Shown here: positions 11,228 to 22,826 of the stretch, in pieces
Position numbering within the stretch: position 1 is the stretch's first letter
Layout: each line of letters opens with the position of its first letter
NCBI RefSeq assembly: GCF_000315625.1
Contig: NW_005434590.1
Location: 184,018 to 248,017, forward strand
DNA: 64,000 bases
Direction of reading: 5' to 3'
Source: Guillardia theta CCMP2712
Lineage: Eukaryota > Protista > Cryptophyta
Translations under genes and position numbers: made by a program
Notes under the pieces: generated by a model
Database searches by the model: none
What the model saw: the letters and a program-made list of their open reading frames with translations, nothing else
What the model was told of the DNA's origin: nothing

Positions 11228-13838
11228 GTCTTCGGTGGCTTGTACCAGCAAACAAAGAAGGTACCGATTGGCTCAGGATCTTTTGCAATGGTACTCGCTC
11301 TCAAATGCTTCATGGAAGCAAGGCATGACGTTGGTACTTGATAGGTTTATGAGGGAATGAACATATCTTCAAGAGAGATTGTAGCTATCAAGAAAGTTAG
11401 CTGGGAGAAACTGGAGAAACAGCCAAGATACATTGAACGACACAAAAACCAGCTGCGAAACGAGTTGGCAGCAATGCAAACGTTGAATCATCCCAACATT
11501 GTGCGTCTACTCCACCACCAGAACACACCCAAGTACTTTGTCATGGTCTTGGAGTTTTGCGCCGGCGGCGATCTAGCTTCTGCCTTGCGGAAACGAAAGC
11601 TTCAAGTGAGTGGGATGGATTTAGTTTGGCATGTGCCAAGTTGACGGATTTGCAGACAAAGAATGAGACGATCGATGAGAATCTTGCTTGCAGACTCACC
11701 AAACAACTAGCCGATGGTCTCAAGGAGATGCGAGTGTTGAACTGGGTGCACAGAGATCTGAAGCCGGGGAATCTGCTCTTGTCATGTGAAAGACTGGAAG
11801 ACGCAACATTGAAGATTGGAGATTTCGGGTTCGCGACTAGGTTGAAATCGGAGAGCTTGGCTCAGACATGGGTTGGATCGCCTTTGTACATGGCACCTGA
11901 GATCCTCACGAAAGAGAGTGGAGGTTACGATGCAAAGGCTGGTGCGCCTCCATCAACTCTTGACTTTCCGATCTCAATGCTGTCACAGATTTGTGGAGCG
12001 TTGGGTGCATCCTGTTTGAGATGGTAAAGGGTAGGCAGGTAGTCGACGCTTTGTTTCTGCTGATGAGAAGATTGTAAGCTTCTTCCCCAGCCTTATGGGT
12101 CAAGCGCACGCGACCCCGAAGAGCTGAAGCAAGACATTAGAAGTGACAACAAGTATCAGCCGGTGACTGCCGTGATCGTCAAGATGTTTCGCTGATGATG
12201 GTCGAGCACAGGAACCGCCAATCTTGCTGAGTGATGAGCTTGAATCTCTGTTAGATGCTCTTCTGTAAGTACAGTTTGAATCTTGTTGTCTGTCGGAGCC
12301 AATGACTTTCGGATTTTAGACAAAGAGTTCCCGCACAGCGAATGTCCTACGACGAGTTCTTTGAACACATTTGGTTCGACATGCTGGAAAGCAATTCGCT
12401 GCCAAACAGCGTCTCAACCAAGATGTTGGGGTTGATGGAGAGCACCACCCAAGAGCAGACAGGAGAGACGGCTGAGAATCATTTCACTGCCAGCAAGTTG
12501 AGGGCATCTGCCAACTCTGACAAGGTCTTGTTACTTGTTGTCCCCATCAGCATCGTGATTTCCCTCTCAACACAGGCCATTTCTCACCTGATTTCCGAAA
12601 TTATGTCACCCACAGCCAACCAAGTCGACACGAAAGTGAAGTCGAAGGTAGAAAAGCGAGATTCTGACATCAGAAAACAATCTTCACCTGCAACAAGTCA
12701 GCACTCCAATCCTGAGGGTTCATCGCGATCCAGCCATGATGCTGAAGAAACCGTTCCGCGACCTGAAGACGAGCCTTCGAAATCGAGGCCAAGACCGACA
12801 GCAGAGAATCCCAGTGAAAGAGTTTCGGAGAGAGTCCGGAGCAAAGATGGAGGACACCCCACAAGGAAGGAGAGCACGCTGCAGAGGATATCGGAATACA
12901 CTCATTTCCACGCTGACGGCAGGCCCATCGACGAAGAGTTCGAGCTGGTAGACAGCATCTATCCCGGCGAGCCCGTGTGGATCGAAGTGAACAAAGGTTG
13001 TGACCCCCGGCAGACCCCGATGGACCAGCAGCGGAGCAAAGGATTCATCCTTGAGCAGAGCGGACTTCCACAGGAGGTTGTTCACGAGGGAAAGAACCTT
13101 GAGCTGCTGATACGAGATGTGATCCAATGCACGCGCGAGATCGTGGAGATCGCAAACGATCGGTTGAGGAGGCAGAGGCCGCTGGCTTCTCAGGCGCTCG
13201 TCCTCTACTTGTGGTCCATGAAGATCGTGCACAGAGCGCTGCTCCAGATGCAGCACATCCAGCGTGCATGCGGAGGCCTGCTTCCTTGCTGCCTCATGAA
13301 GGACTGGCAGGATTCGATCCTTGGGCATCTCGCTGACGACTATGAGAAGGCAAAGATCGCCATGCGCCTTTGCATCGAGTCCTCCAAGTCGTCCGAGTGT
13401 AGTTGGGTGACAACAGGAGGGAACCTCAACGATCACGCCATGGCGTCTCCCGCTGCTCCTCGACCTGATCGCATCGCCTACGACACGGCGATCAGGAGCG
13501 CGAGGGATGCGGCGACGAGAGAGCTGCTGTATGGGTCGGAGGAGTCAGTCAAAGACACCAAGGTGCTCTACCAGCGGGCAATCCTCCTCCTCTGCTCGCT
13601 CATGCTCGATGGGAGGGGCTCAGCACGCGACATGGAGATTCTCTCCATGTACTCGGGGATGCTAGTGGAGCGTATCGAGCTGCTGGCTGCCAAGGGGGAG
13701 GGACGGGGAGCAGACGGCATGGCGGAGCTGGTGAGGAGGTGCAGTACTGTTGGGCGACTGTGGAGCGACAACATGCTTAGGGGGGCTCCATCGTACACGA
13801 CCAGGAGCTTCATGGGGAGGGCAGGGCCTGTACCTTGA
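11228..13838 (+). CDS. ATG1: ATG1/ULK-family serine/threonine kinase (multi-exon; start codon not resolved)
   Basis: Spliced kinase domain: IGSGSFAM|VYEG, VAIKK, HPNIVRL, LEFCAGGDL, VHRDLKPGNLLL, LKIGDFGFA, GSPLYMAPEIL, YDAKA|DLWSVGCILFEM. A Ser-rich linker precedes a C-terminal tandem-MIT/EAT-like region (QALVLYL...IAYDTAIRSARDAATRELL...LYQRAILLL). Confidence 0.85.
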
Positions 13839-13879
13839 GGGGAGACATGGGCGTTTCATTTACAGGCGTTATGGACTTG

Positions 13880-16800
13880 TTAGTTTCCCACAGCTTTTGT
13901 GTTTTGAATCGACTGCCAGTCCTCGAACTCCTGCCATGACCAGACTTGAGCGGCTTGATTGGGAGGCGAGGAGGATAGAGGAGGCAGGGGAGGCGAGGGA
14001 TGAAGTGGAGGCAGATTGAGGTGGAAGGGAGGGGGAGCAAGCAGCAGATTCGCACCTTGAGCACCAGCCTAACAATGCTGAGATTGAGCGGTTTCGTAGT
14101 GTAGCGGTTCATTCCTGTGTGCCATGCTAGTCAGGAGCAACGATGACGAGGGGAGGGAGGGGAAGGGGAGAGAGACGAGAGGGAGGGAGGGAGGGAGGGA
14201 GGGAGGGAGTGGAAGGGGAGGGAGGGAGAGGAAGGGAGGGAGGGAGGGAGGGAGAGAGGGAGGGAGGGAGGGAGGGAGGGAATCGAGTCAAGTGCTCACC
14301 CGCATTGAGACAGTCCGTCTCATCAGTTGTCGCAGCATGAGCCGTCATGGCGATTATGTAGTAGGGACGCTCGTTGGGGGCCGCCTGACCAGCATGTCAA
14401 CAGAGCAAGAGAGCCTGTGAGCGAAGAGGGACGAGATGACAGGGGAGATGGAGGAAAGAAGAGGGAGGAGACAGCAGGGAGGATCGAGGAAGGGGAGGGG
14501 GAAGGGAGGAAGAAGCAACACGAGGAAGAGGAGGCAGGAGGGAGCGATAGGAGGGATATCCTGAGATCACCTTGGCCTCCCACTCGCGGATCTTCATGGT
14601 GGCTTCAATGCCGTCCATCAGGGGCATGCGAATGTCCATAATGATGAGGTCGAAGTAATGACGCCGATTGGTTGCCAGATTGACTCCTTCGACGCCTGCC
14701 ATGCTTGTCAGAGCCAAGACCAAGCAGACGGGAGAAGAGCAGAGCGGGAGCAGAGTCAAGGGGAGGAGAGGGGAAGCAGAGGAGTGGCGAGGGGAAGGGG
14801 AGGAGAGGGAGTGGAGGGGGAGGAGAGGGGAGGGGAGGGGAGGAGAGGGAGGGGGAGGAGAGGGAGGGGAGGGGGAGGAGAGGGAGTGGAGGGGGAGGAC
14901 AGGGAGTGGAGGGGGAGGAGAGGGGAGGGGGGGGGAGGAGGAGTGGTTTGTCATTCACCGTTGTTTGCAACTTCTACTTCGAAATTTTCTTTTCCTGAAA
15001 GCAAGAGTGAATCCACCACCAATTCCTCCTCCTACCCATCCCGACTGCCTACCACCTCCCTCCCCCTCCCTGCTTTCTTCTTCGCTCACCTAAAGTTTTC
15101 TGAAGCATCGCAATCACAACTTTCTGGTTGACAACTTGATCCTGGCGAGAGGTCAGAATGACGAGGGAGGAGGACAGGAAGGAGCAAGAGAGGAAGCGAG
15201 GGGGACCATGGGGCATGGGCAAGAAGGAAGAAGAAACGAGCAGGAGGCGTGAGAATCGATGAAGCAGCAGGGGGCAAGGAGGAGATGCCAGGAGGGGGCT
15301 GAGAACAAGGAGCATCAACAACCTCCACGATGAGGATTCGCATCTTGGAGATGGGCTGAGCATTGTTTGTCGCCGAGAGCGAGTTGTTGGACTCCTTCGT
15401 CGCATCCTTCCCCCCGTTTATTTCCTGCACTATGTGCTGGGAGTACATCAGCACGCCAGGAGGGAGGAGGGCAACACAGTCACCAGGAGTTTCGAGTACA
15501 AGGCAGACATCTTGACTGGGCGCAGAACGAGCTTGTGCAGATCGCAGGATACCTGTGAGTGCGAGAGATCAGCGATACTCCCTTCCCTTGCCCCTAACGC
15601 CTCCTTCCCCTCCTTTCCCCCCACGCCCCTCTTGCTCCTCCTCCTCCATCCCCTATCCTTCCTCACCTTGTACTTGCCACCCCCCTGCTCGTCGAGATAA
15701 CCAACGACGAGCAAGCTGTTGAGTTCATCCTTGCTCCAGCCATCCAGCAGCCCGTTCTGCAGCTGACTATCGATGATGAGCACCGAGGGCCTACCCTCCT
15801 TCGCCTCCTTCTCCTTCTTGTCCCTGAGCTCTGCCTTCAGTCGCTCCATCTGCTTCAGCGTCAAGTCCATGGCGGACGCCGCTGTGAAGATATCGTCGAT
15901 ATCCATCCCCCAGAATCTGAGCATCTCCTTCATCATCGTCTTCGTTGGACCCTCTGGCAGCACCAGTCGAACTTTTCCCCTGCTCACAGTCAGTCCGCAG
16001 CCCCTCCCCCTCCTCCTCATCCCTTCTCTCCCTCCTCCCACCTCCTCTCCTCTCCCCTCCGCGTCCCCAAAATCAAACTCACACCCTCCATCTCCATTGC
16101 ACACCCTCCTCGCCTCCTCCCTTCTTCCACCTCCTCCCCTTTCCCTTCCTCCTCTCCTCTCTCCTTCACCAACCCCTGCCCCTCCCCGTCTCGCCTCACC
16201 TCAGCGAGTCCCTGGCCATGAACTTGGGGAACGTGAGCTCGAAGTCCCGTCCGGAACAGACAGGGAGGGGAACGACGATGCGGAAGGTCGTTCCCCTCCC
16301 GTCGGTGTTGCTGACGCACTCGATGGTCCCGCACATGGCGCTCACGATCCTCTTGGTGATGGCGAGCCCGAGGCCGGTGCCTCCGTTGTTGCTCATGTGC
16401 TTCGAGGGCAGCTGGGGAAGAGCAGGAGTCAGCGGGAGGAAGGGGAATGAGGGGAAGTGAGGAACAACTGAGAGGAAAGCGGATGGCCCGGAGAAGAGGA
16501 CGGTGCAGTTGGTGCGGAGAGGATTGGAGAGGCATGGAGGAGGAAAAGAGCGAATAGAAGTCGAGGGGAGCGGAAGGGGGAAGGAGGGAAACGCCGGACA
16601 GGAAGTCAGGGGTAGGAGGCAGGGGGCACCTGCGAGAAGGGCTTGAAGAGCAGGTCCTGCTGCTCCAAGGGGATCCCCTCCCCGTTGTCCCAAACTTCAA
16701 GGCACACGAACGCCGAGTCCGCCGGGGCTTCTTCCTGCAGTCGGACCGACAGGATCACCTGCCCCCCTTCGTCTCTGCAGAATTTCACGGCGTTGTCGCA

Positions 16801-18635
16801 GAGGTTAATCAGGCACTGGCGCAGACGGAAGCTGTCCCCAAGCAAAAACGGGCAAGTTCCCAGCTTGCAGCTCAAGCACAGCTGGACAGCAAAGTCCACC
16901 TGCTTCCCGCTGACTCGAGCCGCCATGATATCGCTAAGCTCGTCGCTGAGCTCGCCGAGGTGGAAGGGCTTCTCGGTGAAGTCGATGGAGGAAGGAATCA
17001 TCTCGTGCTTGCTCGACTGGCTCCCATCGTCCGACCCGTCCGCCTTCGCCTCCAGCTTCGCATACTCGAGCACCTGGTTGATAATGCCCAGGAGGGCCTC
17101 GGCTGAGGTGAGGGAGGAGCTCACGTACTCGCGGTGGATGGAGTTCAGGTCGTCGGCCTCGAGGAGGAGCGAGTTGAAGGCGACGACCGAGTTGAGGGGC
17201 GTGCGGAGCTCGTGGCTGATGTTGGCGATGAACTTGCGGGAGAGTCGGGCGGAGGTCTCTGCCTCTACACACGCCATCTGCAGCGCTCGGTTCATCACCT
17301 CAGTTCGCAGCACCGTCCTCTCCTTGCTGTCCTTCTCAGTCTCCATCTGCTGTAGCCTCAGCGTCGCCACCGTGTCGAGAATGCAGAAGTTCCCAGTCAT
17401 GAGCGCGACTGTGTAGATGGCCTTGGCAAGAACGTCCACGAAGGTACGGCAGATGCTGAACTGAGTGTCGTCGAGAACGTGGAGGTGGTGGAGAATGTGG
17501 AGGGTAGGGAACGACAGCCACAGCAGGTACGTGTAGATCTGAAGGCCGCGCAGCGAAGTGATCTCGTAAGTAGTCGCGGCCTGCTTCACGTTCCGGTCGA
17601 TGATCTGCCATATTCTGTAGTAGACGACCACGAAGCAGGAGGCGGCGCAGCAGAACACGGCCCATCCTATGAAGCAGGAGCCGATGATGTTGTGAGTAAG
17701 GCCCAGCACGAGCATCAGCTCGTCCCAGCAGATCGCGTTGATCACCAACGGCCAGTCAGGAACCAAGTTCTCCTCCATGGAAGTACCCAGGCTTGCAAGG
17801 ACGAGGATCATGATGGGGGTCGTGCACATCCATTGCATGAAAAACTGGACGGCGATCGGCTCGCCTGTGGTGTCGTACATAGGGGTGAAAACGTCCAGGA
17901 CGGTCGAGACGTACACGACAAAGGCAACCATGTTGATGAAGAGAGCTAGGCTGTTCAGCTGTCGCTTCTTTGCAGAGACCTGTATGGAAAGAGAGACGAA
18001 GATGAGCAACACGTCACAAGCCAACATCGTCGTTATCACCTGGAAAACCATCCCTGATATGTCCATGATGATGCAAACTCCGAAGATGAATGCTGCTAGC
18101 ACCTGCAGCATCGCATGAGAACAAGAAAACATTCTGCAGTGTCAACGCACATTCACAAACTTCGATTTGTCCAACGTGACCTCGTCAGATTGTGCGGAAA
18201 ATCCCATCTTGGGCTTGCAATATCCCGATAGCACCCAACTTCCATACACAAACCCAACGTATATGAAGCACCACACGATGAACAGAGCTACTCCAGGCAT
18301 TTCTTTCTGGGCCTTCTTGATTCTTGTAGAAAAACTTCCTTTCTCGTCATTGGAGCCCTGGGTAACCGAGGATTAGACGGAATGTCAATTTCTCGATTTT
18401 CTATGCAAGCATGTTTACAAGACAAGAACCGACAAAAAGTATTGCACACAATCATCTGAGTAATACAATCATCATAGTAATACAAGCACATCAGTTTCCA
18501 AGGAAGCCTTCTGATTCAGGACACAAGGATTGTGAGAAAAGATCAAGCCTCACTAACTGACTTCAAACTAGCACTTACAGAGTCGCTGATGAACGACGAA
18601 CTCTTTGTCTTAGTATGGAATGAGTTCTGCGACAT
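13880..18635 (-). CDS. Histidine kinase rhodopsin: 8-TM microbial rhodopsin - HisKA - HATPase - pseudo-receiver - receiver
   Basis: Rhodopsin helix C QFFMQWMCTTP, helix D WDELMLVLG, helix F LWLSFP, helix G VDVLAK (retinal Lys codon 17422-17424). Kinase: H-box FIANISHELRTPLN, N-box RLRQCLINLCDNAVKF, G1 DNGEGI, G2 GGTGLGLAI. Receiver: RILIVE|DQVVNQKV...FDLIIMDIRMPLMDGIEAT...IIAMTAHA...CLNA|GMNRYTTKP. Last exon EFEDWQSIQNTKAVGN*. More than 10 GT-AG introns; the ATG at 18635 is tentative. Confidence 0.92.
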
Positions 18636-20639
18636 TTTGTTGCGATAGGATGAAATCAATGGAGCCTGATTCAATGAATGTACCACAGGAATCAAAGTGC
18701 CATTCTGGAGAAAAGAAGATCGGTAAGAAACCAAGAACAACGATTCACAACACTGCAACGTGTTGTGAAGTTTCACCTCAGATGGCGACGCAATGTGCAC
18801 TACTCGTGATTTGGCCACGCCATTCACAGACGGGAAATCCTATCGACAGGTGTCAACAACATTAAACGGCAACAACGGAGGTATTCCATGTTAGAGATCA
18901 TCATCCCTGAGAAAAATTTCTACAAGAGACATGTAATTGCGTTCTTAGTCGGCACCCTCGCTGGCGAACGAATCGAACACACGCAATATCTGATTTCTTG
19001 CTCTTGCAACCTTCCCAAGTGTACGCATGTGCATCCATGCATCTAACCTTCTCCATATGTTCGATACTACAACATGTTGCAGCCAAAGAAGCTCAAACGC
19101 AACCACATCTGCGATAGGTTCCCCATCCTTTGCTTCGATCTGGTACATCGTCCATTGGCATAACCTCTGGTAACAAGACTGACTGATATGGAGGCACATC
19201 ATTACATCTGTGTGAATATTATGAAGCTTTTGCCTATCCTCTTGCGACCCCTCCCACCTGCTGCAAACTTCACAACTCTACGGTCACGCTCTCATTGAGA
19301 GCCCCCTCCCTCGCAGTCCGCATGCCTCACTGCACACGCCTGCCTCTTCTTTCCAACCTCTGATGCCTGCTCTGAACCTTGATTATCCTCTGTTCTCATC
19401 AGCACAGCGGCTGTTCCTCTTCCTCTTCCTCTTTCTCCTCCTATCGCCGGCCCCACCGCTGCATTTCCATCCTCGTTCAGTTTTCAGTCAACTCTCTTGA
19501 CCGCATGCCCCCTCAACCCATACACCCACCCCCATACCCTCGTATCTATTCGTCCCTTTCTCGAAGACCCCCCACCCCCTGGACTTCCACCCCATCGGAG
19601 ATCACCCCCCAATTTTACCACTATTATCACCCATTCTCATCGAGATGTAACACCCACCCCCTCCTATAAATCTACAAAGCTTTTTTAACTAGCTAAAATA
19701 CCCCACCCCCCCGGAACGAATCGAATCATGGCTAAAGGTAACGTGACGATTGGTAAAACTTTATAAAATGTTTTGCTGTCAGTAATAAAGGTACTTGGAG
19801 TTTGTACCACATCTGCTGATTTTTTAGGAATCGTTGTACTTGTTCCACCCGCCTACCACGAGATCAATAGCAATACAGATGAAGCTTCCCGTCGGTAGAA
19901 CAACTTGGTACAAAAGAGTTTATAACTGTTTTTGTATGCGTATAAAAATCGGAAATTATATGAAACGGTACCAATGTGTTTTGGGGTAACAGTTCAAAAT
20001 ATTTGGATATATTCGGAATAGTTTGAAATTCCACCTAAATATTTGAAGGAGTTGGTTCCCTTTCGTTGTGGAGGGATATGACCCCCAACGACCCACGTGG
20101 AATCACCATCTTCAGCCGGCGGGGTGGTCATATCGTCAAGACAAGGAGGGGTAGTACAAACAGCAACAGTCGCCTAGGAAGGAAGGGTGGTGGGGTCAAT
20201 AAATATCCTCGTGAGATCAAAATGTTTTATATTTTTTAAAAACAACATTCGAGCCCCCTGTTACCACGGTTTTATATATCTGGGGAAGTGGGGTACATCT
20301 ATAGCCCTGGAGTGGGTAGAGGGGGTGAAGTAAAACAGTGTCTGACATGATTCTTGATTTTAAAATGAAAGGATCTGATTTTGGTTCAGGGGTGGGTTAA
20401 TACCCCACCCTTCAATCGTAGCCACTGTGTCGAGAATCTTCTCGGGTAGCAGACACTATAAAATTGCCTTGTGGGGGTTTAAAAAACTATTTTGTAGAAG
20501 TCAGCAGATCACGTGATCACATAAAGCGGGTAGAACACATCAGTTCCAACATAGCCTACCATCGATATTCTCTATATCTCTTCCTAGTCTCAAACGCATA
20601 TGCCCCTACCCACCTGCTCCTTGTCCCCCCCTGCACCAC

Positions 20640-21420
20640 CGCGGTCATCATCACATGCCATGATGGCCGATCAGGGCGGTCACGGGTGACAGCCCGGCGA
20701 CGAGCCTCCGAGCCTCATGAGTGCGGCCGGCCGGCCGGGGGCCGGGCGGGCCGGGCCCGGATCTCCGGTCGGAGCCGCCTCGGATGCCGCCCGGCCGCCC
20801 GGCCGGGCCGGGCGGCCCCCCCGCTTCGAGTCGGAGGCCCGGCCGGCGGCGGCCCGGCCCGGGCCCCCATCATGGCACTGGCAGTCACCGTTGAGTGATG
20901 ACCGTGGATCATCGGATGGTCACGGGTCACAGTCCAGCACTGGCGGCAGTCACTGAGTGACTCCGCCGGGCGGCCCGGCCCGCCGCGCCGCCGCGGTGCC
21001 CGCCATCCGATCATGCGCATGGCAGGGCCCCGGCGGCCGGACCGCTCGGAGAAGCCGACTCCCGGGGCCCTCAGAACTGGCGGCCGAGCCTCAGTGAGGT
21101 TCAACGGTTGGCTGCCAGCCTGCGTGTCGGTGATCGCCCGGCGCCGGCCCGGCGACTCGCCGGGCCCTCAGGCCTCAGAGCCGTCACTGAGGCGAGTGTC
21201 GGAGTGCCGCCGGGCCGCCGTGCCGCGGCCACCGCGGCAGTGCGTGCCGGAGTGCCCGGGTGACTGGCAGTGCGCCGCCGGCAGCGGCTGCGGCGGCCGC
21301 GCCCCCCGGCCCGGCCCGCCGGGCCGCCCGGGGCCGCCGGTCACCGAACGGTGCCGCGCCAACTCAGTTGACATAGCTCACAGGTGACCGCACGGTTCCG
21401 AGTCCGGGCGGGCGGGGAGG
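20640..21420. repeat. CCGG/GGCC-rich GC block (copy 3)
   Basis: Same composition; includes GGTTCAACGGTT and GTTCCGAGT motifs. Confidence 0.65.
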
Positions 21421-22826
21421 GGTACGACTACTACTGATATGAAAGGGGAAGGAGGGGGTGGTGAACAGGTCCGAGAACGGATAATTCGTATTTTCAAGTG
21501 CTGGGTCCATACCGTGCGAGTTTTAGTTTAAAAAGATCTATCTTTCGGAAACTTTCTCTCAATATTCAAACATAACCGGAATATTTCAGTCTGTAACGCT
21601 TGCTTTTGAGGGGATGTTTTCAAATTCGGTAGTCATAACTAAAAGTTTGACAATGCCTGTATGCTGCCGCTTCCTTCCAAGTTCGGCCGCACTTGGTTCC
21701 TTTGTTGAGCTACAGCACTGAGCTAGCATGAGACCTCCTTGCTCCTGGAACTTCCTTCCTCCCTCCCTCCTCCTGTCTCTTTCTCTCTCGCCTCCACCCT
21801 GTCTCAGAGTCTCCCTGTTTGCCGTTTCCCTCTCCTACCAGGCCCTTCTTACATATGTGCTAAGTTTGTCATCCTTCCATCTTTACCTCCATCTGCTTCC
21901 ATTCAAGTTCTGCTCCTTTTTGTTCCAGATCTTCCTTTCAATCCTGCATTTCTTGCTCCTTACCGTGCCTGATCTCGCTGCTTCCCCCAATTCCATTAAC
22001 CTCTCGCACTCCTAGAAAGCTCATTTCTTATCATTTCCTTGGCAGGAATGACAATAGGAGAAACCATAGCGTCATGTCTTGCTCCTCGGATCTGCAGATG
22101 AGCTGAAGGATGGATAGGTTTCAATAGGTCTCAACGGCTGTGGTTTGACTACCAAGATCATGAGTAGACTGGGAGAGCTGCTGAGCACAATTTGATCTTT
22201 CAAAGTGTGAAGAATAGACTGTGACTGAGGCAGCATAAGAATGAGTGTGTACGAAGCTCCAGCTCCGTTGGTGATGTGTTCTCATGGGGGTTGATCTCTG
22301 GTTCACAACTTTTCCAGATGCTTGTTATGTACGGCAGCATTCCAAGATCGATGCAAGAGATACATCTTCAACCAGGACAGGCATGATGTTTCAAATGAAA
22401 TATGCTGCGATCTGTTGTTTTCCTGTCCTATGAGCGTTTGATGATGAAGCTTCAATGAGAAGAGCTCGAAGGCTGGTTGTCATTCCAATTGATATCTGTT
22501 GGGATTCAGGTCATCCTTGTTCAAAGCGACGTCAAGGGCGGGTGGGCGTATGGGAGGATCGTTGCATCGGAGTACGAGACTTCCTTCGTCCGTGCACAGG
22601 GGTGAGCTTGTTGGGACACCCTGCCATTTCATCTTCAACTTCGTAATTTTGATATGCTCTCGCAGCTTTTTCCCTCTTGCTCATTGCAAAGCATTGGAAC
22701 CCATTAAGGTCTGAGTTTGACAGTGCTGATAGAGTTGAGCGAGAGGCATCTTTGTGTTGGAGGCGTTTGTTTCTTGATCTGTTTGAAGGGAGCAATGGAA
22801 CTTGTGGAGTGATTTGTTTTATGCAG

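Noticed and set aside
17400-18100. Rhodopsin as an ion pump or channelrhodopsin
   Set aside because: It lacks the D85/D96-type carboxylates and is fused in frame to a histidine kinase.
19700-20640. Autonomous transposon or viral insertion in the large spacers
   Set aside because: No transposase, reverse transcriptase, integrase or capsid ORF, and no clear TIR or LTR found by eye.
20464-21387. Arg/Pro/Gly/Ala-rich ORFs in the GC blocks (also 2494-2697, 8741-9368, 50878-51550)
   Set aside because: Open frames on both strands are expected from stop-codon scarcity at extreme GC content. No domains or splice structure support them.
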